Below, piece after piece: positions 1 to 10,053 of a stretch of DNA of 64,000 nt. The stretch covers positions 33,830 through 97,829 of the forward strand of contig JAAZBX010000002.1 of NCBI GenBank assembly GCA_012513575.1, read 5' to 3'. The position numbers were made by a program, and so were the translations under genes. The notes under the pieces are model-generated. The model was not told the origin of the DNA. It did no database searches and worked only from the letters and a program-made list of their open reading frames with translations. Positions within the stretch are counted from its first letter, which is position 1. Every line of letters starts with the position of its first letter. This DNA comes from Candidatus Dojkabacteria bacterium (GTDB lineage Bacteria > Patescibacteriota > Dojkabacteria > SC72).

Positions 1-633
1 TCAAACACAAGATATTACAAATTTTTCTTTGATACTAAGGCAATTGAGGAAAGTCCCAAATTAGATAAGCGCTCTTTTTTCTCTTGGCTTAAAAATGAAA
101 TCAAAGAGATGGAATTAGAAGTCGAAGATGATGCAGTTAAGGTCTTGGCCGAAAGGATTAATTATGATCCTGAAAGATGCGTAAATGAATTGAGAAAATT
201 AAAGCTTACTGTTGATAAGTCGTTAGTAACATTATCAGATGTTGAATCACTTATTTCTGACACACTCGAGAATGATATATGGAGCCTAATTGATGCGATA
301 AATAGAAAAAATAGCATACAAAGCTCAATTATATTGGAGAGATTAATGACTCAAAATGTTGATTCAAATTACATTATCTCTATGTTGGCAAGAAATTTGA
401 GATTAATAACACTCACAAAGTATCTATTAGAAGATAGTGAGACAACTGGAAACATTGCCAAAAGGTTGAAGATCCCCCCTTTCACTGTCCCCTCACTTAT
501 TAATTCTTCTAAGGAATACTCTGAAGGGAAAATTAAAACTCTCTACAGTAAAATGTCCAATTTGGATTATCAAATTAAAAAGGGGTTAATTGACCCAGAT
601 CTAGGAATTACCCTTCTCTCCTCAATCCTATAG
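1..633 (+). CDS. holA: DNA polymerase III delta subunit, 5'-partial (frame open from base 1)
   Basis: C-terminal HolA-like pattern (NELRKL, IWSLIDAI, ARNLRLI, IAKRLKIPPF, DYQIKKG); lies near rpsT. Confidence 0.8.
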   Translation, partial: SNTRYYKFFFDTKAIEESPKLDKRSFFSWLKNEIKEMELEVEDDAVKVLAERINYDPERCVNELRKLKLTVDKSLVTLSDVESLISDTLENDIWSLIDAINRKNSIQSSIILERLMTQNVDSNYIISMLARNLRLITLTKYLLEDSETTGNIAKRLKIPPFTVPSLINSSKEYSEGKIKTLYSKMSNLDYQIKKGLIDPDLGITLLSSIL

Positions 634-640
634 ACCTTTA

Positions 641-669
641 TTGACACACCTAGATTATTAACATAAACT
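641..669 (+). promoter_or_regulatory. sigma70-type promoter for the gene at 708
   Basis: TTGACA (641-646), 17 bp spacer, TAAACT (664-669). Confidence 0.6.
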
Positions 670-707
670 CTATAAAGGCAAGTGCTAATATCTGCCTATC
701 CCAAAAT

Positions 708-2462
708 ATGGAAGAGGTTACAAGAGTTACAACAACAAAAAAATCTAACAAATTAGTTACTACTTTATTAATTATCGCAGGAATTTTAGGTTTGGCACTG
801 ATCGGTGCCGCAGTATACTTCTATATGATTAAACCATCCACAGAGAAGCCTGAGGATGTGTCAAAAACTTGTGCATGCTACTATGTAGACCCAGCAGTTA
901 CGACAGAGTGTGGAGATCCTAGAAAAGGTTTTCTATTTAAGCTAGTTACTTCAAAAGGAGGCACTTCTTGCCAAAGTGCATGTCAAACTAGTTCCTTGCC
1001 AATTGATGACACAGATAGCAATACAAAACAAGAACTTTTTCTTACTTGCTCTCTTCCCAACATCCAAGATATTAGATGTTCTGAAATGACAATAAAGAAT
1101 AAGGCAGGAGAACTAGTTGTTGGAAATATTGCCAAAGATGATGAGATTACTTTGGAGGCGAAATTTGACAAGAAATACAACAACCCTACATTTAAAATCA
1201 ACAATGTGAACGAAGAGCCGGATACAATTTCTGAGGATGGCTTAACTATAAAAAAGACACTCTCTCAGTTTAAGACAACAACAATTGATATTGTCGCGAC
1301 AGCAATTGGGGATGATGGAGAATCAATTAACTCTCCACTCTGTAAGAGAATAATTGAAATTGAACAACAAGGAGAGTCCTCTGTTACAGGACTTCTGATG
1401 TCAAGAAGAAATACGGAAGAAACAACCAAAATTTCCGAGGCAATCTTACGTGTTTCAAATATTACTGATACAAAGGATATTAAAATAAGCTTCTCTTTTG
1501 ACAATGAAGAATTCGCTAAAGTAGAGATGATAAAAGGGTTTTCCCTTGATACAAATAAAGGAGAGTTTTCAATTATTGAACAAGATTTATATAATCCTGA
1601 AAATTTCTCACAAGCAGTAAGCTTCTCACAATTAGACGATTATGTTGGACAGCTTGGCATAACTGCCGAATTGTTTAGACTCGGAGCTTCGTTGGGAGAA
1701 GCCTCTACAACTGTTACTTTTCAAGAGCCAGGAGCTGAAGAGATTCCTCCCGTAAAAGAAGAACAGCCCTCTCTTGAATCAAGCTTCTCTATCTCTCTTG
1801 CGACGAACATAAACTGTCTTGAGAGAGTAGAGCCAAACAATTCTATTATATTTACAGTAAATATAAAAAATAACTCAACCTCATCACAGAGTGTTCTTAA
1901 AGTGAAGAATAAACTGCCACTTGGATTTACCTATATCCCAAGTTCCACGAAGATAAACAATGTTAGTGTATCTGACAATAACTATTTGCAAAGTAAACAA
2001 GTAGGAGAAACAACAGAACTCGCTTGGACGATAGCAAGTGGATGGAATATCTCTGCAAATCAATCGCTTGTTGTTGTATTCCAAGCGATAGCTGGTCCAA
2101 ATGCTCTAACTGGTGAAAACTTAAATGAGGTGGTAATTGAACCTGCACAAGTCCCAACAGACCCAGCGACATTAAGAGCCTCAATCCCTGTTTCAGTTTC
2201 TCAAAACTGTAATCCAACTGAAACCCCAGTTGAGACTCCAGATACTGGTTTATTTGACGAAGTCCTAGTACAGGTTGGGATTGGGCTTTTGGTACTGTTA
2301 TTAGGTTGGTTGATTTACTCTAAGCCCTTTGGGCATGTTATCGTAAATAAGCTAGTAAATTCAGGCTTATACAAAGAAGCTGAAATGACCTCATGGAAAC
2401 TATTCAAGCCAAAGAAATTCTTTGAGGAGAAAACAATTAAGAGAATGAAAAAAAGAATTTAA
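708..2462 (+). CDS. Membrane-anchored surface protein with Cys-rich region, DUF11-like Ig domain and C-terminal PxTG + TM segment
   Basis: N-terminal TM; Cys cluster; IIFTVNIKNN...VKNKLPLGFTYI DUF11-like pattern; ETPDTG then hydrophobic helix and basic tail. Confidence 0.65.
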   Translation: MEEVTRVTTTKKSNKLVTTLLIIAGILGLALIGAAVYFYMIKPSTEKPEDVSKTCACYYVDPAVTTECGDPRKGFLFKLVTSKGGTSCQSACQTSSLPIDDTDSNTKQELFLTCSLPNIQDIRCSEMTIKNKAGELVVGNIAKDDEITLEAKFDKKYNNPTFKINNVNEEPDTISEDGLTIKKTLSQFKTTTIDIVATAIGDDGESINSPLCKRIIEIEQQGESSVTGLLMSRRNTEETTKISEAILRVSNITDTKDIKISFSFDNEEFAKVEMIKGFSLDTNKGEFSIIEQDLYNPENFSQAVSFSQLDDYVGQLGITAELFRLGASLGEASTTVTFQEPGAEEIPPVKEEQPSLESSFSISLATNINCLERVEPNNSIIFTVNIKNNSTSSQSVLKVKNKLPLGFTYIPSSTKINNVSVSDNNYLQSKQVGETTELAWTIASGWNISANQSLVVVFQAIAGPNALTGENLNEVVIEPAQVPTDPATLRASIPVSVSQNCNPTETPVETPDTGLFDEVLVQVGIGLLVLLLGWLIYSKPFGHVIVNKLVNSGLYKEAEMTSWKLFKPKKFFEEKTIKRMKKRI

Positions 2463-2866
2463 AGATTGCTTAAAACTAATTCCAATGGTCTTCCATTATT
2501 TCCAAACGCTTCTCCATCAGAATTAATCAGAAAAAAATATTTTTCTTTTGTCAAAAGTTTTTCTAAAACAATCTCATGCTTCTTGCCCTTATATCCATTT
2601 AGAACATCTATACCTACCCTATCTAAATCTTCTTTATTCAACCCATATTGCACAAAACCCATACATTCCCCTTTTGTCTCCCATACAATTTTTGCGCTAT
2701 ATTCCATCTCCCCTTTTGACACAAAAAGGTTAAATGGGGTGCAGTTTCCTTGAGAGATAAAAAGCGTATCAAATCCACCAACATTTTTTTTAAACAAAAT
2801 AAAAATTGATAGTGAGACAACAACAAAAACAATCCCTACAATTATGATAAATATTTTCTTACTCAT
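2459..2866 (-). CDS. Membrane-anchored FN3/purple-acid-phosphatase N-terminal-like domain protein
   Basis: Likely start MSKK at 2866; N-terminal TM; AKIVWET..GFVQYG..HEIVLEKL..KYFFLI beta-sandwich pattern. Confidence 0.6.
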   Translation of the reverse strand: MSKKIFIIIVGIVFVVVSLSIFILFKKNVGGFDTLFISQGNCTPFNLFVSKGEMEYSAKIVWETKGECMGFVQYGLNKEDLDRVGIDVLNGYKGKKHEIVLEKLLTKEKYFFLINSDGEAFGNNGRPLELVLSNL

Positions 2867-3299
2867 TTTTCTCTTGCACAATAATATAACTTTTTTCTTG
2901 CAATGAATTATATCCATCAGATACTTCTATTACAAAACTCTCTTGACCAGAATCTGTAGGAACTCCTTGAACTACACCATCAAGAATATACATCCAGTTA
3001 GGACCATCAATCAATTCTAAAGTGATATCACTATCCTGACTATCCAAATCAACAACCCTTGGTATATACTCATACTTTTCTCCAACAAATGCGGAAACAG
3101 GAGGTTGAGAAAAAATATATGGGATTCCTTTGGAATACTGCGGTTTTTCCTCATCTTTCACATTCATTCGATTATCTTTAGCACCTAATACGGACTCATC
3201 TTCTTTCCCATTGAACAACATATATACCGATGCAAAACTCAAAATAAAAAGAACTGCCAAAGAACTCAAAACTATCTTAAACTCCCTACTCTTTTCCAT
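2859..3299 (-). CDS. Membrane-anchored cadherin-like/putative Ig domain protein
   Basis: TM then P..FSQP..AFVGEKYEY..VDLD..GPNWM..VQGVP..IEVSDG; likely start MEKS at 3299. Confidence 0.65.
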   Translation of the reverse strand: MEKSREFKIVLSSLAVLFILSFASVYMLFNGKEDESVLGAKDNRMNVKDEEKPQYSKGIPYIFSQPPVSAFVGEKYEYIPRVVDLDSQDSDITLELIDGPNWMYILDGVVQGVPTDSGQESFVIEVSDGYNSLQEKSYIIVQEKNE

Positions 3300-3391
3300 A
3301 TTAGAGGATACCACAAAAAAAGTTGTTTACAAATAATACAAATCTAGCTATAATACCCTGATTAGAACTAATAATTATATTAATAAAAGAA

Positions 3392-3688
3392 ATGCCAAAT
3401 TTAAAAACATCTATTAAAGATTTACGAAAAAGTAAAAGAAGAGAAACAATAAATGATCGACTCAGAAACAGAGTCAAGAGGGTTACAAAAAAACATTCTG
3501 ATTTGCTAAAACAGGGAAACACAGAAGAAATGAAAAAGAATTTAGTTAATGTCTATAAAGTCCTTGATAAAGCTGCAAAGAAAAATGTAATAAAAAAAGG
3601 TAAGGCTGATAGATTGAAATCAAGACTTACCAAAAATTTAAACAAACTAGCCCAAGATAATGTCAAGACTTCTAAAAAGGATTCTTAA
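3392..3688 (+). CDS. rpsT: 30S ribosomal protein S20
   Basis: MPNLKTSIKDLR...LDKAAKKNVIKKGKADRLKSRL. Confidence 0.95.
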   Translation: MPNLKTSIKDLRKSKRRETINDRLRNRVKRVTKKHSDLLKQGNTEEMKKNLVNVYKVLDKAAKKNVIKKGKADRLKSRLTKNLNKLAQDNVKTSKKDS

Positions 3689-4208
3689 AATTTCTGTTTG
3701 GCCCGCAATTTTAATGATTGCAGGGAAACTTTTAGGGATTATTGCTGCGAATATAGTTTACAAACTCGATTTTTTCATTGACAACCAAATTGAAGGTATC
3801 TTCTCAATTCAGCTCTACTATACTGATTCTAGTACAATGGTTTTGGTAAACTCCCTGTCAAATTTGCTTATGATTATCATCCTTGCCGTCCCAACTATTT
3901 ATTTCATAATAAAAACTTCCATATATCAATCCACCTTACAAAACCCTAGAACAATTGTGAAGATAACAAAACTTAATCTTCTCAAATGGATTGCTAAGGA
4001 CGATACTTCCTTTCTCCTAATATTTATTTGGTGCTCATTTCTTTTGGTTGCATCTTTTATTGTTATCGCTCAGAATATTCAAGGAATCTGCTATTCATGG
4101 ATTGGGGGAATTTCCGCTGTTCTTGCCATTTTCTCTGTTTGGGGGACAATAAAGACATATGAGCAGGAAATTGATAAGATATATCCTAAGGAGAAAGAGC
4201 TATATTAA
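3660..4208 (+). CDS. Hypothetical integral membrane protein (about 4 TM)
   Basis: Four hydrophobic segments; overlaps rpsT end and is coupled to the next gene. Confidence 0.7.
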   Translation: MSRLLKRILKISVWPAILMIAGKLLGIIAANIVYKLDFFIDNQIEGIFSIQLYYTDSSTMVLVNSLSNLLMIIILAVPTIYFIIKTSIYQSTLQNPRTIVKITKLNLLKWIAKDDTSFLLIFIWCSFLLVASFIVIAQNIQGICYSWIGGISAVLAIFSVWGTIKTYEQEIDKIYPKEKELY

Positions 4209-4753
4209 TGAAAACAAAAAATTTATTACCACAAATAATTGAGCCCTTTGCAATAGTTGCCCTTCTTTGTCTTTTTATTGTTCCTACCCTGACGGTAATT
4301 AATCTTTCGCCAATAACCAAAGAAGTTCAAGACAAAAATGTTTTAGGAGTTAACACCTTTAGCTCAAATACTGTTGTTAAGTTAGTTGGAGGAATTCATG
4401 ACATTATCAAAAACGAGACACTAGTAAATTCAAATGAGAGACAATTCCTTTACAAGGCAACGATCCAAAAAAGAGAAGCTGAAGAAACATATTCAAAACC
4501 AATTCTCAAACTTCAAAACAATGGTACTTTCCCCGTTAAGTTGTCGTTCTTTGGGTATACAGATAGTAAAACTAATTCTAAAATATCTTTAAAAATTGGG
4601 AGAAATTCATATCTATTGAAGGATTATGATAGTACTCTACACGCACAAGAGATCATACTAGAGCCCACATCAGACACCAACCTATATCTTTATATTGAAA
4701 ATACAAATAGAATTTTATTCCCAGAATATTTTGAATTAGAGATTTCCCTTTAG
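4208..4753 (+). CDS. Hypothetical membrane-anchored protein
   Basis: N-terminal TM, VLG linker, beta-rich remainder; TAATG coupling. Confidence 0.7.
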   Translation: MKTKNLLPQIIEPFAIVALLCLFIVPTLTVINLSPITKEVQDKNVLGVNTFSSNTVVKLVGGIHDIIKNETLVNSNERQFLYKATIQKREAEETYSKPILKLQNNGTFPVKLSFFGYTDSKTNSKISLKIGRNSYLLKDYDSTLHAQEIILEPTSDTNLYLYIENTNRILFPEYFELEISL

Positions 4754-4827
4754 GAATTTCCGTCCTACTACTTTTGCCACCCTCCCCTCTATTTATTAAC
4801 CTTTTTGTATAGGGTATAATTGACGGC

Positions 4828-6654
4828 ATGTCGAATTCTACTCCATTAGAAAAAATTAGGAACTTCTCTATTATTGCCCATATTGATCATGGGAAATCTA
4901 CACTTGCTGACAGGATGTTAGAAGCTGCACAAAATGATTCTCTAGCAAGAAAAAAGAAAAACAGAATGCTTGACAAACTTGATCTTGAGCAAGAGAAAGG
5001 CATTACAATTAAACTTCAAGCTTGCAAGATGAATTGGAAAGGGTACGAATTAAACTTAATAGACACCCCTGGTCATGTTGATTTCTCATATGAAGTATCT
5101 AGATCTCTTGCGGCATGTGAATCTGCCCTCCTTCTTGTTGATGCTAGTCAGGGGATCCAAGCACAAACTATTTCAAATACGAAAAAAGCTTTAGAATTGG
5201 GACTGAAATTAATTCCTGTTTTAAATAAAATTGACCTCCCTAATATAAACATTGAAGAGAGAGAAAAAGAAATTGAATCCCTTCTGGGGTTTTCGAAAGA
5301 TGAAATAATTAAAGTTTCTGGTAAAACCGGCGAAGGAGTAGACAAATTACTTGATGCTGTAATTACGCAATCTCCCCCACCTTTAGGGGATTTTAACAAA
5401 CCTTTGAAGGCTCTGGTATTTGATTCTTTTTATGACGAACACAGAGGGGTTGTCATTGCTGTGAGAATCTTTGATGGTAAATACACTTACAAGCCAGGCA
5501 AAACTGATGAACTTTACATGATTCAAAGAAAACAAACATTTAAACCAACAGAAATTGGAATATTTAACCCCGACTTGGAAGAACTTGAGACTTTACGTGC
5601 TGGGGAAGTCGGATATATTGCAACAGGAATGAAAGATATTAGCTTCTTTACTGTGGGTGATACAATATCAGATCAAAAAGACACCTCCCCACTTGCTGGG
5701 TACAAAACACCAAAACCCAACATGTTTGCAACTTTTTTCCCAACTGATTCTGAAGATTATGAAGATCTAAAAATTGCCCTTACAAAACTCTCTCTAAACG
5801 ATGCCTCTTTAACATTTACTGACCAAAGATCAAATCTACTTGGCTCTGGATTTAGATGTGGATTTCTTGGGCTATTACATATGGAAATCGTTCAGGAAAG
5901 GTTAGAACGAGAATATGATATTGACCTTATTGTTACAGCTCCTACAGTGGAATATCAAGTTACAAAAACTGATGGGAGTGAAACAACAATCCAAACCCCT
6001 CAAGAACTTCCAGACCCTTCACAAATAAAAGAGATCAGAGAACCTTGGGTTAGAGCTGAAATCATGACTCCAGAAAAATACCTTGGGGATTTGATGTCAC
6101 TTTGTCAATATAGAAGAGGAGAATATGTAAACACAATTTATCTTAATTCTGCTTCAAGTGATATTAAATTAAAAGATCAATATATTGTTTTAGAATACGA
6201 CATACCTTTAGTATCATTAATCTCGAATTTCTTTGATCAGATGAAAAATATCTCAAGTGGGTATGCTTCAATGGAATACGAATTTATTGATTTCTTTCCT
6301 GCTGATATTGTAGAAGTGTCAATTTTGGTAAATCATGACGAAATTTCTGTTCTAAACTTTCTTGAAGTCAGGGAACTTGCAAGATTAAAAGCTGTTAAAC
6401 TCCTTGAAGTCATGAAAGAAGTCATTCCAAGGCAACAATTCTCCATACCTTTACAAGCAGCAATAGGCTCAACAATAATTGCCAGAGAAGATGTAAAAGC
6501 TTTCAGAAAGGATGTAACTGCCAAACTTTATGGCGGAGACTACTCTAGGAAGAAAAAGCTCTTAGAAAAACAGAAGAAGGGTAAAAAAAGGTTAAAGCAA
6601 ATTGGTCAAGTAAATATCCCTCAAGAAGCATTCTTAGCTATACTTAAAACCTAA
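4828..6654 (+). CDS. lepA: Elongation factor 4 (LepA)
   Basis: IRNFSIIAHIDHGKSTLADR, DTPGHVDF, NKID, C-terminal KKLLEKQKKGKKRLK. Confidence 0.98.
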   Translation: MSNSTPLEKIRNFSIIAHIDHGKSTLADRMLEAAQNDSLARKKKNRMLDKLDLEQEKGITIKLQACKMNWKGYELNLIDTPGHVDFSYEVSRSLAACESALLLVDASQGIQAQTISNTKKALELGLKLIPVLNKIDLPNINIEEREKEIESLLGFSKDEIIKVSGKTGEGVDKLLDAVITQSPPPLGDFNKPLKALVFDSFYDEHRGVVIAVRIFDGKYTYKPGKTDELYMIQRKQTFKPTEIGIFNPDLEELETLRAGEVGYIATGMKDISFFTVGDTISDQKDTSPLAGYKTPKPNMFATFFPTDSEDYEDLKIALTKLSLNDASLTFTDQRSNLLGSGFRCGFLGLLHMEIVQERLEREYDIDLIVTAPTVEYQVTKTDGSETTIQTPQELPDPSQIKEIREPWVRAEIMTPEKYLGDLMSLCQYRRGEYVNTIYLNSASSDIKLKDQYIVLEYDIPLVSLISNFFDQMKNISSGYASMEYEFIDFFPADIVEVSILVNHDEISVLNFLEVRELARLKAVKLLEVMKEVIPRQQFSIPLQAAIGSTIIAREDVKAFRKDVTAKLYGGDYSRKKKLLEKQKKGKKRLKQIGQVNIPQEAFLAILKT

Positions 6655-7706
6655 TGATAAAAAAGATAAAACTAACAAATTTTAGGAAATTCAACTCCCT
6701 TGAAATAGAGATAAACAGAAACATTGTAGTATTCCATGGGAATAATGCAGTAGGGAAAAGTACCATTCTTGAAGCGATATATGTCTTGGCGAATGGGAAA
6801 TCACCCTGGGCAACATCTGATGAATATATCCTTTCTAATCAAAAAGAAGAAGATAAATATTGCAGAATTGAAATAATTGTTGACGACAATGAAGAGAAGG
6901 CTTATTCATATTTCAAAAATATTAACAGAAGAGTCCTGAAGATTAATGAAAAGAGCGTTCCTATTAAAAAATTTTTTATTGAAAATGCTGCAACTATCTT
7001 TAATCCAGAGAAAATTGAAATATTAATGATTTCTCCGAGTAAAAGGAGAGAGTTTCTGGACGAGATACTTTCTACTTTGGATTATGAATATGTAGAAATA
7101 CTTAAAAATTTCAGGAAAGTCTTAACGCAAAGAAATGCATATTTAAAAAAATTATCCAAACTTTTCTATGAGAAAGGCATAATTGCAAGAAATGACCCTC
7201 AATTGATTTTCTGGACAAAAGAATTCATTAAACAAGCAGATACTATCCAACATATGCGAGAGAATCTCTCAAAAAAACTACATACTAATGATTTAAAGAT
7301 TGAATATATTAAATCAAATGAAGATATTGTACTTGAAGATGCCCTAGAGAAATCAACAAAGCGCGACATTGCTACTGGTTATACAAATATTGGCCCTCAT
7401 AGAGATGATTGGAGATTAATTAATGGAAAAGATATAAAGAAATATGGTTCTAGAGGAGAAAAAAGACTCTCTATTGGGAAATTAATATTCGAGACACAAA
7501 AGATTATGAAGAAAGAATTAGGATACTACCCTATCTTACTACTTGATGATATAGCTTCTGAGTTAGATGAAAAAAATACAGCTAATATATTTGATCCTAA
7601 GATTTTGGACAAGCAACAAACATTTATCACGATAATTAATTACAAAAATCTCCCAAAATCTGTATTGAAAAATGCTCAACTAATAGATTTAAACAAATTT
7701 GATTAA
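6654..7706 (+). CDS. recF: DNA replication/repair protein RecF
   Basis: LTNFR, GNNAVGKST, PSKRREFLD, QRNAYLK, GPHRDD, GSRGEKR, LLLDDIASELD. Confidence 0.93.
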   Translation: MIKKIKLTNFRKFNSLEIEINRNIVVFHGNNAVGKSTILEAIYVLANGKSPWATSDEYILSNQKEEDKYCRIEIIVDDNEEKAYSYFKNINRRVLKINEKSVPIKKFFIENAATIFNPEKIEILMISPSKRREFLDEILSTLDYEYVEILKNFRKVLTQRNAYLKKLSKLFYEKGIIARNDPQLIFWTKEFIKQADTIQHMRENLSKKLHTNDLKIEYIKSNEDIVLEDALEKSTKRDIATGYTNIGPHRDDWRLINGKDIKKYGSRGEKRLSIGKLIFETQKIMKKELGYYPILLLDDIASELDEKNTANIFDPKILDKQQTFITIINYKNLPKSVLKNAQLIDLNKFD

Positions 7707-7717
7707 ACATTTGTGAT

Positions 7718-8506
7718 TTAAAACTTTTCAATCTCAGGAAATTTTTTTGAGTACTCCCCTATTCTTTCAAATTTAAAATCAATTGGAAAAAATTCAATTT
7801 TACCTCTCTTATTATTCTCTTTAAGTCGTTTCAGTTCTGGATTATGTCTACTAACAAGCATAAATATTACTTGAAAATAGTAGAAGAAAAAATTCAACAA
7901 TTGAAAAAAATAATTAACAGATTTTTCCTCCTCAATTTCCGCCTCAAGCAATTCTTTTCGGATATTATATTTATGTACAAGCCATTTATTCTCAAGATAA
8001 ATGAAATTTAAATACCTTTGATTATATATTGGGACAATATACATTAGCTCGTGGAAATTAAAAATGTCATCTTCTAATTTGAGACCTCTTTCCTCAGAAA
8101 CAAAATTCAAGCATAGTTTATCTCTTACTTCCTTATGTCTCTTAGCTCTTATTTTATTATGAAAGAGATTTCTAATTACTATTATCCCTCTGTATAGCCA
8201 CATGCTTTTGTTCCTCACAACTACATAGACATCTATATCATCTTCTTCTCTTGCAAATCCCGCAGCTACTGATCCAGTAACTCCGATAAATTTAACTAGT
8301 TTCAATGCTAAAAGTGAGGAGACACTTTCTTGTGCTATTTGAATCTTCTTTCTTACTATCAAGCTTTCCCTTTTTTTACAAATTCTTTGATGATGGTCAA
8401 TTATTTTTTTTAGATATTGTCTCCCCCAAATTCTCTCAATATCTTCCTTACAAACAGAAAGACTCATAAGGGAACGAAATTTTTTTAATTGGATATATTT
8501 CTCCAC
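7718..8506 (-). CDS. Pol-beta superfamily nucleotidyltransferase-domain protein
   Basis: GVTGSVA...EDDIDVYVV motif (GS + DxD); GTG start. Confidence 0.7.
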   Translation of the reverse strand: MEKYIQLKKFRSLMSLSVCKEDIERIWGRQYLKKIIDHHQRICKKRESLIVRKKIQIAQESVSSLLALKLVKFIGVTGSVAAGFAREEDDIDVYVVVRNKSMWLYRGIIVIRNLFHNKIRAKRHKEVRDKLCLNFVSEERGLKLEDDIFNFHELMYIVPIYNQRYLNFIYLENKWLVHKYNIRKELLEAEIEEEKSVNYFFQLLNFFFYYFQVIFMLVSRHNPELKRLKENNKRGKIEFFPIDFKFERIGEYSKKFPEIEKF

Positions 8507-8585
8507 TCCTTATTATATATTATTTCTTGTAACTACTAATAATATCTTCAATTATCTGATAAACTGTTGTATATAATTACTGCCT

Positions 8586-9416
8586 ATGAAGCAACACGCA
8601 ATACCTCAAAATGTATTAGATGTAGAGTTTAAACTTTTTACAAAGTTTACACTTAAAGAGTTCTCGTATTTGGCCATTGGTGTAGGATTCGGAGGATTAA
8701 TTCTTTACCTAACAGTTGGAAAACAAATACCTGGAGTAATTGGAATACCTATTTTTATAATGTCCTCTTTAGCTGGGATTTTCCTTGCACTTGTTCCAAT
8801 AAATGACCAACCTGCCGATAAATTTATTCAAAATTACATCAAAGCTATTACTTCCCCCACCCAAAGAGCATGGATTAGTAGAAATGATCCAAGAAGCAGA
8901 ATGAAGCCTGGTGTAAAACCAACGGAAGAAGGAGAATTAATTTCAAAAGAGAGTAAAGAGAAAAAGAAAAAAATTATTGGTGCACAACCCTTACCTACTA
9001 TGTCTGAGGATATTGAATCTGAGATGCAGAAAGAAGTAGATAAAGAATTCGAAGATATTGATAAAACTACACCACTTACCTTAAATCCTTCAGAATTGAT
9101 AATAACAGAAGAAAATATCTCTAAATATCAATTTAAAGCAAACGGATTTGATAATTACCCAGGGAATATTAATCTTTGGATATGTGATAAAAATTACAAA
9201 CCGATTTCAGGCGTTATTGCAACATTAGTAGACGATTCGGGAAATATTTTGTATGCAAACAAAACAGGAAATAACGGCTATTTTCTCACAAATCGGAAGT
9301 GGAAACCTGGACTCTATAAAATTACCCTTGAAAGTGAAGGTTTTACATTGCCCAAAGTGAATATTATACTCTCAGGAAAAGAAACTAACTTACCAATTAA
9401 GATTTCTGCATTATAA
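8586..9416 (+). CDS. PrgI-family (VirB3-like) membrane protein with C-terminal prealbumin/carboxypeptidase-regulatory-like domain
   Basis: MKQHAIPQNVLDVEFKL..FTLKEF, two TMs, P.NDQP; C-terminal ANKTGNNGYF..GLYKITLE. Confidence 0.8.
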   Translation: MKQHAIPQNVLDVEFKLFTKFTLKEFSYLAIGVGFGGLILYLTVGKQIPGVIGIPIFIMSSLAGIFLALVPINDQPADKFIQNYIKAITSPTQRAWISRNDPRSRMKPGVKPTEEGELISKESKEKKKKIIGAQPLPTMSEDIESEMQKEVDKEFEDIDKTTPLTLNPSELIITEENISKYQFKANGFDNYPGNINLWICDKNYKPISGVIATLVDDSGNILYANKTGNNGYFLTNRKWKPGLYKITLESEGFTLPKVNIILSGKETNLPIKISAL

Positions 9417-9417
9417 A

Positions 9418-10053
9418 ATGGACAAAAACGCAAGAGCTAGAACAACTGCATCAACTCAAGATCATCTAGCGATAAGAGATATAAGGGATGATTTAATCAT
9501 CAATCGAAACGGAAGTGTCGCAATGGTAATACAGACATCCGCCATTAATTTTGATTTGCTTGCAGAGTACGAACAAGATAATAAAATTTTAGCTTTTGCA
9601 GGACTTTTGAATTCCCTTAACTTCCGAATCCAGATTATGATTAGAACAAAAAGGATAGATATAACTAACTACATAACATATTTACAAAGCCAAGAGAAAC
9701 AAGCAATGAGTGAAGGACTAAAAAAACAGTTAAATATTTACACTAAATTTGTAAAGAATTTAATCGTACAAAACGATGTTCTGGATAAAAGTTTCTTTAT
9801 TGTAATTCCTTACCATACTGGAACAATTGTTCCAAGTACAACGTTGATAAAAGGTAAGAAGAGTAAAGAGGAAGAGGAGAAAAATCAAAATATCCAAACT
9901 GACCAATTAATTGAAAAAGCAAAAATTTTTCTCTTCCCCAAAAGAGACCATATTCTTAAACAGCTAGGGAGAATGGGACTTTTCGGACATCAACTTACCA
10001 CAAAAGAATTAATTACCGAATTCTATACAATATATAACCCAGAAGAAGAGTAA
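9418..10053 (+). CDS. TraC/VirB4 N-terminal-like accessory protein of a T4SS-like cluster
   Basis: STQDHLAIRDIRDDLII, AINFDL..EQ, LNSLNFRIQI, FFIVIPY; sits between PrgI and VirB4. Confidence 0.7.
   Translation: MDKNARARTTASTQDHLAIRDIRDDLIINRNGSVAMVIQTSAINFDLLAEYEQDNKILAFAGLLNSLNFRIQIMIRTKRIDITNYITYLQSQEKQAMSEGLKKQLNIYTKFVKNLIVQNDVLDKSFFIVIPYHTGTIVPSTTLIKGKKSKEEEEKNQNIQTDQLIEKAKIFLFPKRDHILKQLGRMGLFGHQLTTKELITEFYTIYNPEEE

Noticed and set aside
662-688. Possible third CIRCE (CATAAACTC-N9-AAGTGCTAA) before the 708 gene
   Set aside because: Only the right half matches; the left half lacks TAGCA and is explained by the -10 box; it does not fit the variant seen at groES and hrcA
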